DNA of 64,000 nucleotides. Source: Planctomycetota bacterium (lineage in GTDB: Bacteria > Planctomycetota > UBA8108 > SXIK01). Positions within the stretch are counted from its first letter, which is position 1. Every line of letters starts with the position of its first letter. The stretch covers positions 1,696,001-1,760,000 of the forward strand of contig OZ244999.1 of assembly GCA_965223265.1 (NCBI GenBank), given 5' to 3'. Below are positions 9,948 to 19,293 of this stretch, in pieces. Under the pieces are notes generated by a model, which saw only the letters and a program-made list of their open reading frames with translations, did no database searches and was not told where the DNA came from. Made by a program: the position numbers and the translations under genes.

Positions 9948-11639
9948 CTACTTGGAGCCCTGGCCGTGCGGCGGCTCCGCCAATCGTTTTTGCCGCACCG
10001 GCGCCGCCTCTCTCTCTTGCTGGGCGTGACGTAACACTTGGCCCTGGCCGACTAGTATTTGCTGGAGCCGCTGGATCGGCACGCGACGCGGCGGGACTTC
10101 GTTCTCGATTGCTAAATGCGCCGCTGTCCCCGCCGCTTGCCCGAGCGCCATCCATGTCGGCTCCATGCGGATCGACGAGAACCCGACATGCGTCGTCGAC
10201 GCTGCGACTGGGACAATCAAACCGTCGACGTGCTTCGGGATCATGATGCGGTAGGGGATCTCGTAAGGGCGCGTGATGTGATCGAGCATGCCGAGGTATC
10301 CCTCGAGCACGATCGTGTCGCCTGATTGCTTCTTGCGGCACGGGAAGCTGTCGATGGGGAACTCCCCGACTGCGACGCTGTCCGCGTGACGACGGGGGAG
10401 GCGATCTGCCGCGGTTCCATCGCCTGTGATGTCATGTTCGGTCAACGTGTACTCGCCGACCAGCCGACGCGCCTCACGGACGTAGAGCTGGAATGGAAAA
10501 TGGTCGTTGTCGACGAACTCATCTTTGGGGAGATGGAGCTCGCGCGCTAGCTCGCGGTGAGCCTCCGGGACCTTCGCGTCATTTTGCAGGAACCAAAGGA
10601 GGCCAAGCGTCAGCTCGCGGTGACGGCGGCGAATTCTTTGGCGGGTCGCGTCGTCACCTTCGACGTAGCCGCGATTCTCTTCGGGAAACGGGAAGCCGAG
10701 TGGTCGTGGGTTGATGTTGACGTCCGTTTTTCGATTCGGGATGTAGGTCACCGAAAGCGCGCGCACGAGGGTGTCGAAATGTGCTGGGTTGTAACCCCGG
10801 CCCGGCTTGAACACCTTCGGTCCAGCTAAACGGCCGGCGCGTAAGTCATCGAAGTAGCCGGTGTAGCGACGGCGGTCGTATCCGGGAGGTGCCTGCGTCA
10901 ACGGACGAGCGTTCTTTGGGTCGGTCGTCAGGCAGAGCCGGTATGTGTAGGCTGGGAGGTGTGAGTCGGCGGCCCCGGTGGTCCCGGGAAGAAACTTCTT
11001 CGCTTGGTAATCGAAGTAGATGACTCCGGCGTGCGGCTCGCCGAACTCTTCACGAGACTCGCGTCCGAGTCGGTATTCGGCGCCGGCGGCGGCGTAGAGG
11101 TCGCCCTCATAGGTCGCATCGATAAAAACGGCAGCTCGTAGGGAGCGTCGTTCGCCACTGCGTCGATCAACGATTTCCACTGCCTCCACCCGATCGCGTG
11201 AAACGTGGGCTTTGTCGAGCCGAAAGCCTTTCAAGACGGAGATGCGCGACTCAGCATGCAGCATCTCTTCGAAGACCGCCTCAGCAACCGAGGGCTCAAA
11301 GTAGTAACCGTCGCGACACAGCCGCACGTTTTCATGGTCGGCTCCGTACGTCTCGACGTAGTGTTTGCGAACGTTCGCGATCAACTCGACGAAAAGACCG
11401 CGGATCATAGCGCGGTTCTCGACGTCGCTTTTTCCGAGGCCGCTCGTCATCATGCCGCCGATGTGGTCATGGTATTCCACAACCGTGACGCGGCGACCGA
11501 GTCGGGCGGCGGCTAGGGCCGCGGCTAGCCCCCCAGGCGTGCCGCCGACGACGACGATTTGGTTCGCTTTGATCGGTGTGATGCACCCGAAGGGGATCCA
11601 CAGAAGGCATACAGAGAGGACGGTGGCGCAGGTTTTCAT
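9948..11639 (-). CDS. FAD-dependent oxidoreductase (FAD_oxidored family), probable lipoprotein
   Basis: VVVGGTPGGLAAALAAAR, FIDATYEGDL, YVREARRLVG, SIRMEP motifs; signal ending IPFGC. Confidence 0.9.
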   Translation of the reverse strand: MKTCATVLSVCLLWIPFGCITPIKANQIVVVGGTPGGLAAALAAARLGRRVTVVEYHDHIGGMMTSGLGKSDVENRAMIRGLFVELIANVRKHYVETYGADHENVRLCRDGYYFEPSVAEAVFEEMLHAESRISVLKGFRLDKAHVSRDRVEAVEIVDRRSGERRSLRAAVFIDATYEGDLYAAAGAEYRLGRESREEFGEPHAGVIYFDYQAKKFLPGTTGAADSHLPAYTYRLCLTTDPKNARPLTQAPPGYDRRRYTGYFDDLRAGRLAGPKVFKPGRGYNPAHFDTLVRALSVTYIPNRKTDVNINPRPLGFPFPEENRGYVEGDDATRQRIRRRHRELTLGLLWFLQNDAKVPEAHRELARELHLPKDEFVDNDHFPFQLYVREARRLVGEYTLTEHDITGDGTAADRLPRRHADSVAVGEFPIDSFPCRKKQSGDTIVLEGYLGMLDHITRPYEIPYRIMIPKHVDGLIVPVAASTTHVGFSSIRMEPTWMALGQAAGTAAHLAIENEVPPRRVPIQRLQQILVGQGQVLRHAQQEREAAPVRQKRLAEPPHGQGSK

Positions 11640-11689
11640 AACGTCGATGGGTTTTGTAAGCTCGAGTTTGGGGGTGAGGAGCCCGTCAG

Positions 11690-14473
11690 TTATTTCCTTG
11701 GCGGGGTGCTGCGTCCGGGCTCTGCAGCCGTCGTGCGGAGTTTCCAGAAGACGCCTCGAACCGCGAAGCCTTCGACGCAGTAGGTCGTCAGGAAGCGATT
11801 GCGCTGGCGCAGCTCAATCGTCGGCGAGATAAACGAGTGCGACGGCGCGAGAGTGAACTTCGTCGATCGTGACATGAGCGGCGTGCCCACCTTGGTTCCA
11901 TCGACCCAGTGCCGCGCGCCGTCGAGGCTGATCCGCGCCAGAACCCGGGAATCTCCGGCGCCAGCATTGTGGGTCAGGACGACCACGTCACGCTTCGTCC
12001 ACAGGATCGAGCCGCGGTGGCCATACCAGTCGGTCATGCCACCTGGCAGGAGACGGAATGTGCGGCCGCCATCCACCGACTCAAAGAGCGCCGCTTGCTT
12101 GTAGGTCGGGCTTGGGTTTCCCGTCCGCCACATCATTTCAGCTGCGTCTTCTCCGGGGCCAACGCCGCGCTGGATGCGGGCGCACTCGATGAGGCGGTTC
12201 GCATTGTGCGGATCGAGCGCGAGCGTCGATTCATGTGGGTTGAGCTTCGTGTAGACACGAGTTGGGTCTCCCCATGTTTCGCCGTCGTCCGTCGAACGAA
12301 AAACTACATCGCCGAACGTGTCGGCCGTGGTGCCACCGTAGAGGTAGTTCGGGGCTGTTGGCGGCGTGGTGGGAGCGTGTTTCTTCACGTAGTCTTCGGC
12401 CGGAACGATCGTCGTCGCGAACATGAGCGCACCACCGGGCTGCTCGACGAAGGTGCGTCCGCCGTCCTCGTGGAACTTCATGTTGGGGATCCCGGGTGCG
12501 AAGCGGCGAAAGTCAGTATGGGACCTCGTCCAGGTGCGACCGCGGTCGTCTGAGTACGAGACGTACAGATCTTGTCCGTAGAGGCGGGCGTCGCTCGGGT
12601 CATGTCCAGGCGTCTGGTGCACGAGCAGGAGTCGGCCGCGACGCGTCACGCCGAGTCCGACGAGGGTCTGCTGTGGCACGCCGTCAAGCTGCACCGGAAC
12701 CGGCGTCCAGGTCTCGCCATCGTCCGTACTTTCGTAGAGTGGACCCGTTTGGGTGTTGAGGTAAATAGCGCCGCTCGGATGGCGCACGAGACTCATCATG
12801 GCGCGACGCAATACCCCGCCGGGAACGATCTCGACGCGTTTCTCAATCTCAACCTCAGCTTGATGCGTGCCGCCGCCCGCGGGAAAAGAGAACGAGTAGA
12901 GCTGGGCGCTTCGGAGGTAGAACTTCAGCTTGACGGCGTGCGCTTCCAAGCGCGAAACGTCTGCCGAACCTTTCCACGACACGACGTGGCGCAGAGCGTC
13001 TCCGGTGAAGGGGTCGCAGTCCTTCTTAGTGAATCCCGCAATTGGTTGCCCCGCCGCGTCGAGCGCTTCAACGAGCACGTGCCCGAACTCCGCCGTCGTC
13101 GCGTTGATCCTGAGCCTCTCGCCGGCGAACTCTATCAGTCGGGTTGTCAGAGAGCCTTCGGTCTCGCCTCCGTCGATTGAGACAAACCCATCGAGGCGCA
13201 GCTTCGCGAGTCCGATGCCGTTCGGAAAGCCATCTAGCCCAGGGGGCGGCTTGTGGTTGTGGTCGACGCCGTAGCCGTTGTAATAGATCCAGATCTCGTC
13301 GTTGTGCTCGACCGGACCCTGCAGCGGATAGATGCCTCCCCAGTCGAAGTCGCCGGCACGTGACGACAGCGGCAGAAACGTCTGGCGCTGGCCGACGCGC
13401 TGCCACGTCCTCCCATCGCGGCTACAGACCAGCTGCACAGCGCCGCGGCAGAAATCGGGGTCGTAGCTAAAGACCGTTGTCAGCCCGAGACGAACGCCCT
13501 CGTAGGGGAACACCTCCAAGTTGTAGAACTGATCGCGGTTGAGCGGGTCGTGCGCGTCGGGGCCGACGATGACGCGGTAGTTCGTCCAGTGAACGAAGTC
13601 CGTGCTTTCGATCTGCGCGACGCGACGAATCGAATGGTTTTCAGGCGCGCGGTTCTTCTCCGGGTCCCAGAGTCGACGCCAACTCTCTCGAGCGGCGCTG
13701 TTGCTGACGAGCTCCGGTCGGACGTCACGGATGCGACCGGTGCGGTCGCGGATGATCGCGACGTACTTCGCGAGCTTCTCATCCCAATAAGCCACCATCT
13801 GGCTGTCGTGTCCGGGCGGCGTGAAGAAGACGGGCTCGCCACCCTTGTATGCCGTCCAGCGAATGCCATCGGCTGAGTACGAAGCGTAGACTTTGTAGTC
13901 GCGCCACATGTGCACCATCTTGAAGCGTTTTGCAGGGTCGCTTTCGCGGCGATCCTCAAAGACTCCGCTCGCCAGGCCACTGTGCGGCATGACGATGTTG
14001 TTCTTCTTCGAATCGCGATATTCGAACAGGCCGAGCGCCGGTTTGAACCAGCGCAGGCCGTCGCGGCTAGTCGCAAAACAGAGCACCGAGTTTGCATCGC
14101 CTCCCGAGCCAGCATGGAGGCTATACCACATCTTGAAGATCTGTTCGCGCTCGTCGTAGAGAACGCTCGAAAATGACAACGGCATGCCGGCATCCCAACG
14201 GTTCAGCTCCGCCGGTGATCGTTCGACAAGCGGGTTGCTTGGGTGCTTCGTCGGCTCATGGAGGGTCACGGTCGTGCCGTCCATGGCTTCCACCAGAAAG
14301 TCGTCGACGAAGAGCTGTCGTTCGCTCCCGATGGAAAGTGGCTGCGGCGCCGCAGCGTTCGGCTCTCGCGTGCTTGCAGTCGCGCTCTTGGCGGCACGGT
14401 CGAACGACAGGGCCACGTTCGTGTAAGCGATGCAGAGTGTGATGACTATGCACGGATTTCGCGTGTTCTTCAT
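11690..14473 (-). CDS. Secreted two-module glycoside hydrolase-like protein (GH32/43-like propeller plus BNR/sialidase-like propeller)
   Basis: N-half IGSERQLFVDD, ATSRDGLRWFKP, LRLDGFVS. C-half has Asp-boxes STDDGETW (x2), SDDRGRTW, SVDGGRTF. Confidence 0.78.
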   Translation of the reverse strand: MKNTRNPCIVITLCIAYTNVALSFDRAAKSATASTREPNAAAPQPLSIGSERQLFVDDFLVEAMDGTTVTLHEPTKHPSNPLVERSPAELNRWDAGMPLSFSSVLYDEREQIFKMWYSLHAGSGGDANSVLCFATSRDGLRWFKPALGLFEYRDSKKNNIVMPHSGLASGVFEDRRESDPAKRFKMVHMWRDYKVYASYSADGIRWTAYKGGEPVFFTPPGHDSQMVAYWDEKLAKYVAIIRDRTGRIRDVRPELVSNSAARESWRRLWDPEKNRAPENHSIRRVAQIESTDFVHWTNYRVIVGPDAHDPLNRDQFYNLEVFPYEGVRLGLTTVFSYDPDFCRGAVQLVCSRDGRTWQRVGQRQTFLPLSSRAGDFDWGGIYPLQGPVEHNDEIWIYYNGYGVDHNHKPPPGLDGFPNGIGLAKLRLDGFVSIDGGETEGSLTTRLIEFAGERLRINATTAEFGHVLVEALDAAGQPIAGFTKKDCDPFTGDALRHVVSWKGSADVSRLEAHAVKLKFYLRSAQLYSFSFPAGGGTHQAEVEIEKRVEIVPGGVLRRAMMSLVRHPSGAIYLNTQTGPLYESTDDGETWTPVPVQLDGVPQQTLVGLGVTRRGRLLLVHQTPGHDPSDARLYGQDLYVSYSDDRGRTWTRSHTDFRRFAPGIPNMKFHEDGGRTFVEQPGGALMFATTIVPAEDYVKKHAPTTPPTAPNYLYGGTTADTFGDVVFRSTDDGETWGDPTRVYTKLNPHESTLALDPHNANRLIECARIQRGVGPGEDAAEMMWRTGNPSPTYKQAALFESVDGGRTFRLLPGGMTDWYGHRGSILWTKRDVVVLTHNAGAGDSRVLARISLDGARHWVDGTKVGTPLMSRSTKFTLAPSHSFISPTIELRQRNRFLTTYCVEGFAVRGVFWKLRTTAAEPGRSTPPRK

Positions 14474-14654
14474 TTTCCCGTTCCCATATCTTTCGAATGA
14501 TCCGTCAGGATACGAAAGATTGAACCGCGGTGCCACGCAGGAGTCTTCGCGAAGCAAGGGAGGCGACAGTCGCCTCTACCCACGCTCTCTTGGCGCGTCA
14601 ATTGGCAACGGATCTGTTACAATCTCGGGCAAACGACAGAATGGAGAACAAACG

Positions 14655-15608
14655 ATGCGTCGACGCAGCATGATACGGATCGTGCGGGATGTTTTTTTCG
14701 GGGTCGCACTCGCTGCGGTACCCGCAATTGCGGCCGAGCCACCGATTCCCGACACTGTCGCTCCTGGCGCCGAGCTCGTCGAGCTTTACGGGGACGACCG
14801 TTTCTTCGAAGGGCCGACATGGGATCCTGCAGGGAAGAAACTCTACTTCACGGCGTTCGGCGAGACGCAGCAGATTCTCCGACTCGAGTCGCCAGGACGC
14901 GTCACCGTTTGGATGGATCAGACGAAGGGCGTGAACGGGACGTTCCTGTCGATCGAAGGGCGACTCCTTGGTGCACAGGCATACGGCCAGAGCGTCGTCG
15001 ATTATGGGTTCAACGAAGATGGCAGCTGCGACGCCAAGACACTTCTCTATTACAGCCCTCTCAATCAACCGAACGACGTTTGCCAGACGCGCAGCGGGGA
15101 TGTTTTTTACACGGATCCTGGCTCGAAGATTCCGCCGGGTGCCTATCGATTGACCACGAAGGGAGAGATCGTAAAGTTCGCGGAAGACATGAAGACTCCC
15201 AACGGCATCATCGCGTCGAACGATGGAAAGATGGTCTATGTCGGCGACAGCTCGCTGAAGAACTGGCGTGCATACACCGTGCTCGAGGACGGAAAGATCG
15301 GAGCAGGAACTCTCTTTTTCGAGCCGGACCCGAAATACAAGAGCGACGCCGATGGCTCACCCGACGGCATGACGATCGACGCGCGCGGCAACCTTTACCT
15401 CTCTGGCGGCAGTCGCGTCTGGGTGGTAGCGCCGTCCTCCGCCCCGAGCGGCCTGGGTAAGCTAATCGGTGTGATTTCGACGCCGACGTTTTGCTCCAAC
15501 ATCACCTTCGGCGGCGATGACGGCAAGACACTGTTTCTGACCTGCAGCAAGAAGGTGTTCAGCTTGCGGATGAGCGTCACCGGTGGCCGCGGCGCCGCAG
15601 GGCGGTGA
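14655..15608 (+). CDS. SMP-30/gluconolactonase family protein, secreted
   Basis: FEGPTW, PNDV, PNGI, PDGMTIDARGNLY, SNITFGG motifs; signal peptide; GGAG RBS upstream of ATG 14655. Confidence 0.92.
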   Translation: MRRRSMIRIVRDVFFGVALAAVPAIAAEPPIPDTVAPGAELVELYGDDRFFEGPTWDPAGKKLYFTAFGETQQILRLESPGRVTVWMDQTKGVNGTFLSIEGRLLGAQAYGQSVVDYGFNEDGSCDAKTLLYYSPLNQPNDVCQTRSGDVFYTDPGSKIPPGAYRLTTKGEIVKFAEDMKTPNGIIASNDGKMVYVGDSSLKNWRAYTVLEDGKIGAGTLFFEPDPKYKSDADGSPDGMTIDARGNLYLSGGSRVWVVAPSSAPSGLGKLIGVISTPTFCSNITFGGDDGKTLFLTCSKKVFSLRMSVTGGRGAAGR

Positions 15609-15691
15609 GTTGACGCCGCGCGGCGCCCGACTTCTTTCAAGGTGAGTGGCGGGCGCCAGCCAACTCGTGGCTTTGGCCAAAGGAGCAACCC

Positions 15692-16624
15692 ATGGCAGCA
15701 AGGCGACTCGATCGGCGGCAATTCTGTTCCTCGACGCTCTCAACGGCCGCCTTGGCATTCGTCGCGCCGCGATTGTCGGCGGAGACGCGATTTCGTCTTC
15801 GCTACATGGTCGCATCGTGCATGTACGGCGGGCTTAACCTCGAAGTGATCTTGCCTGAGGTGCGCAAGACTGGCGCGACCCACATCGACATTTGGTCGTC
15901 GCACGGCAAGCCCCGATCACAGCGCGACCTCATGGAGGATCTTGGGCACGAGAAATTCACGGCGCTGCTCGAAAGACACAACGTCAAGCTAGGCTGCCTG
16001 ACCCATTACCGACTCGGGCCATTTGGCCTTCAAGACGAGATGCGTGTCGCCAAAAAGTTCGGTGGCACGGTCTTGGTGTCAGGAAGCGGGGGACCAAGGA
16101 ATCTGCAAGGCACCGACCTCAAGGACGCGGTGCGTGCGTTCGCCGAGAAGATGAAGCCGCACGTAGAGGTCGCAGAGGAGAACGACTGCACCATCGCCAT
16201 TGAGAACCACAGCGGCGCGCTGATCAAGTCGCCCGATTCGATCCGTTGGCTCATCGATGCTGTGCCCTCAAAACACTTGGGCATCGCGCTGGCGCCGTAC
16301 CACCTGCCGCAGGAGCCTGAGCTCCTCTCCGGGCTCGTCGGCGATCTCGGCGATCGCTTGGCGGTTTTCTACGCCTGGCAGCACGGCATGGGCTGCACGA
16401 AGAAACTGCCGAAAGAGCAGGAGCTACTTCAGATGCCCGGTCGCGGCGACCTGGACTTCACGGCAATCGTGACGGCGTTGAAAAAGATCAACTACCGCGG
16501 CTGGACCGTGATCTTCATGCATCCGGTGCCGCGCGGTATCCCGATCTTGGAGACGGCTGGAATGGTCACCGAGGAGATCAATCGTGCGCGAAGGTATTTG
16601 GATGCGCTCGTGAGTGCTGGCTGA
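15692..16624 (+). CDS. Tat-exported sugar phosphate isomerase/epimerase-like TIM barrel protein
   Basis: LDRRQFC signal; IAIENH and PGRGDLDF motifs of the xylose isomerase-like (AP_endonuc_2) fold. Confidence 0.85.
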   Translation: MAARRLDRRQFCSSTLSTAALAFVAPRLSAETRFRLRYMVASCMYGGLNLEVILPEVRKTGATHIDIWSSHGKPRSQRDLMEDLGHEKFTALLERHNVKLGCLTHYRLGPFGLQDEMRVAKKFGGTVLVSGSGGPRNLQGTDLKDAVRAFAEKMKPHVEVAEENDCTIAIENHSGALIKSPDSIRWLIDAVPSKHLGIALAPYHLPQEPELLSGLVGDLGDRLAVFYAWQHGMGCTKKLPKEQELLQMPGRGDLDFTAIVTALKKINYRGWTVIFMHPVPRGIPILETAGMVTEEINRARRYLDALVSAG

Positions 16625-16625
16625 G

Positions 16626-16719
16626 GTCTCGCGAGCGTCTATCTCACGAACCTTGCGTGCCTGGCGTGAATCGCTTTTCTTGGCGCCAGGAGCGCGCAAG
16701 CTCGCAACGAACGCGAGAC
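16626..16719. repeat. Imperfect long hairpin (REP-like) immediately after a stop codon
   Basis: gtctcgcg (16626-16633) pairs with cgcgagac (16712-16719); inner cttgcgtgcctggcg pairs with cgccaggagcgcgcaag. Confidence 0.6.
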
Positions 16720-16854
16720 GTCCTCGAGCGCCTGCCGCTTCTCTGTCTGATCTTCGTTTGCTTCTTCAAGAGATCAGAAGAAGAGTCGAACAAAAGGAAA
16801 CCAAGTCAACGAAGGAAGACCGCCCAAAGGAGCAGAAAACGCCGTGTATCGTCC

Positions 16855-17083
16855 GGCCGTGGACTGTGACTGTGACCGTGACTGTGACTATGACTATGAC
16901 TATGACTATGACTTGCGACGTCACGTTCTAGAACTTCACAGCCTCTCCCGTGTGCCGTTCCGAAGGTTACCGACCGTGACCGTGGGCCGTGACCGTGACC
17001 GTGACCGTGACCGTGACCGTGACCGTGACCGTGACCGTGAGTTGCGGCGTCACGTTGAAGAATTCACAGCCTCGGCGTGTGCC
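16855..17083 (+). repeat. Two tandem ~128-bp units, each a (GACYRT)n hexamer array plus a conserved tail ending TTCACAGCCTC
   Basis: Array 1 at 16862-16909 has 8 units GACTGT/GACCGT/GACTAT; array 2 at 16991-17038 has 8 perfect GACCGT. Both are followed by TTGCG(A/G)CGTCACGTT...TTCACAGCCTC...CGTGTGCC. Confidence 0.9.
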
Positions 17084-17253
17084 TGCGACTTTAGGAAACC
17101 CCACGCCCACCGCCCCTCGGACACACCGCCGCCCCCCTTTCCTCCGCCGTCGCTTGTCGACGGCCTCAGCTTCGCATATGTTGGTGCGATCACACGTGTC
17201 TCGTGTCGCGACGAACCCACCGACGATTTTTCGAACACCCCGGGAGCGCATCC

Positions 17254-18030
17254 ATGGGTCTGGCCAAGACCACTCGCCTCAACCGCATCTTTTCGCATCC
17301 CGACGGCCGCCTGCTCTCGCTGGCTGTCGACCATTTCGCCGGACTCACGATGCCTGAGGGGCTGCGCAACGTTCCCGAGACCATTGCGCTGGTCATGCAG
17401 GCAACACCCGACGCAGTGACCATGGTGAAGGGCATGGCAAAGAGTGCTTGGGAACCCTACGCCGGACGTGTGCCTTTGATCCTTCAGACGATCATCTTCC
17501 CGCGCGATGACTCGCCGCTACTGCGCACGACACACTGTGAAGAGGCTCTTCTCCTGGGAGCTGACGCCGTCGCCGTGTCGCTGGCGGTGCGAGGTGAACA
17601 TGAGTCGCAGCACCTTCAAGTCCTTGCCGAGACGGTCTCCGAGGCCAGTCGTTACGATTTGCCGGTGATCGCTCATATCTATCCGCACGATTTTTCGTAT
17701 GCCGACAAGCCTGCGGTTCTCACCGATCATGAGAGCATTCTCTGGGCGGTGCGCTGCGGTGTTGAGTTTGGCGCCGACGTGATCAAAGTGCCGTTTACGG
17801 GAGACGTCGACGGTTTTCGGGAGATCGCGGCGACGAGTCCGGTTCCTGTCGTCTGCGCCGGTGGCCCTAAGACTGAGACCTTCGGCGAGGCGCTGCAGAT
17901 GATGCGCGACATTGTCGCATCCGGCGCCCTTGGTTCTGTGGCCGGACGGAACATCTGGGGATGCGAGGATCCTTTGGAGGCGTTCCGAGCCTGCCAGGAG
18001 GTCGTGCATCCAGAGGGCGCAGGATCGTAA
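17254..18030 (+). CDS. Class I aldolase, DhnA/LsrF-like family
   Basis: LAVDH, GADAV, HIYP, GADVIK (Schiff-base Lys), PVVCAGGPK, GRNIW motifs. Confidence 0.9.
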   Translation: MGLAKTTRLNRIFSHPDGRLLSLAVDHFAGLTMPEGLRNVPETIALVMQATPDAVTMVKGMAKSAWEPYAGRVPLILQTIIFPRDDSPLLRTTHCEEALLLGADAVAVSLAVRGEHESQHLQVLAETVSEASRYDLPVIAHIYPHDFSYADKPAVLTDHESILWAVRCGVEFGADVIKVPFTGDVDGFREIAATSPVPVVCAGGPKTETFGEALQMMRDIVASGALGSVAGRNIWGCEDPLEAFRACQEVVHPEGAGS

Positions 18031-18036
18031 CTCGAG

Positions 18037-19089
18037 GTGAAACCCATGTTGATATTGCCTCTTCGCAAGACCGACACGCGCCGACCGGGACAGCGATCAA
18101 GTCAACTCTGGCTGGCGCTACTCGTTGTATCGAGCGTCACCCCAGTGTTGGGCCAACAGTCTGCACCCAAAGCACCGAAACGGAAGTCGGCGCTGAAACC
18201 GACGCATGAAAACGTGCGATACGGCCCGCACCAGCGCAACGTTCTCGATCTCTACCTCGCGGATTCGTCCGAACCGACACCACTTGTTCTCTACATTCAC
18301 GGCGGAGGTTTTCGTGGCGGCGACAAGACAAGGTTGAATCACCGTTCTGCTGCGTCCTATCTGAAATCGGGAATCTCTGTCGCTGCGCTCAACTATCGCC
18401 TCACCGACACCGCGCCCATGCCCGCCGCGTATCTCGACTGCGCGCGGGCGCTGCAGTTTCTCCGATTCCACGCCAAGAAGTGGAACCTCGATCCGCGCTT
18501 GGTAGCCTCTACAGGCGGCTCGGCTGGTGCCGGGATCTCGCTTTGGATCGCCTTTCACGATGACCTCGCCGACCCGAACAGTGACGACCCGGTAGCGAGA
18601 GAATCGACGCGACTCGTTTGTGTCGCCACCAAGAACGGTCAGTCATCCTACGACCCACGTTTCGCGGCAGCGATCGGTTTGCCGCGCCCGAATTTTGAGC
18701 GCCACAAATTCTTTCTGGCGTTCTACGGCATCGAGGCGGACGAAATCGATTCGCCGAAGGGATATCAGCTCTACGACGAGGCCGCGCCGGTGACGTATCT
18801 GTCGAAGGATGATCCGCCGGTGTTGATGCAGTACACGTATCCCGACGCGAAGGTCGACTCGACGAGCCGCTTGAGTCTTGTCGTCCATCATCCGAGATTC
18901 GGAATCGCGCTCAAAGAGAGGATGGACACACTCGGTATCGAATGCATCGTCGAGTACCCATTAACCGATGGTGCCCCGGTGGCACGCCACGGAGATCGCG
19001 CTCCCACCGTGCCGGCCGTGCGGTTCATCCGGCGTCACCTTGAAGCCGCGAAGGCCGAACTATCCGCGCGGGCGAGGAAATCCAAGTAG
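18037..19089 (+). CDS. Secreted alpha/beta hydrolase (BD-FAE-like esterase)
   Basis: LYIHGGGF, NYRL, GGSAGAG nucleophile elbow; signal peptide. Confidence 0.88.
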   Translation: MKPMLILPLRKTDTRRPGQRSSQLWLALLVVSSVTPVLGQQSAPKAPKRKSALKPTHENVRYGPHQRNVLDLYLADSSEPTPLVLYIHGGGFRGGDKTRLNHRSAASYLKSGISVAALNYRLTDTAPMPAAYLDCARALQFLRFHAKKWNLDPRLVASTGGSAGAGISLWIAFHDDLADPNSDDPVARESTRLVCVATKNGQSSYDPRFAAAIGLPRPNFERHKFFLAFYGIEADEIDSPKGYQLYDEAAPVTYLSKDDPPVLMQYTYPDAKVDSTSRLSLVVHHPRFGIALKERMDTLGIECIVEYPLTDGAPVARHGDRAPTVPAVRFIRRHLEAAKAELSARARKSK

Positions 19090-19293
19090 TCGCATCCGGC
19101 GAACAGGAGCATCACGGCGCTGGCCAGCTGCAGGAAGTGTTCGGGGCTTGGTTCGAGCCGTTTTGCGCACACTCGAAGGGCCTCGCAGCGTTCGCTGGTT
19201 GTGTGTTCGTCACCCCAACGGCTATTCTCTTGGGAGTCGTAGTCGACGTGATGCTCGCCACCAGCCCCTTCCCGGTCAAAAATAGCCGCCGCT

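Noticed and set aside
16855-17083. CRISPR array
   Set aside because: Only two units; the intervening sequence is microsatellite rather than unique spacers, and there are no cas genes in the window.
16844-17419. ORFs encoding DCDCDRD/DYDY/RDRD or VTVTVT tracts
   Set aside because: They are translations of the hexamer DNA arrays in several frames, with no RBS or domain support.
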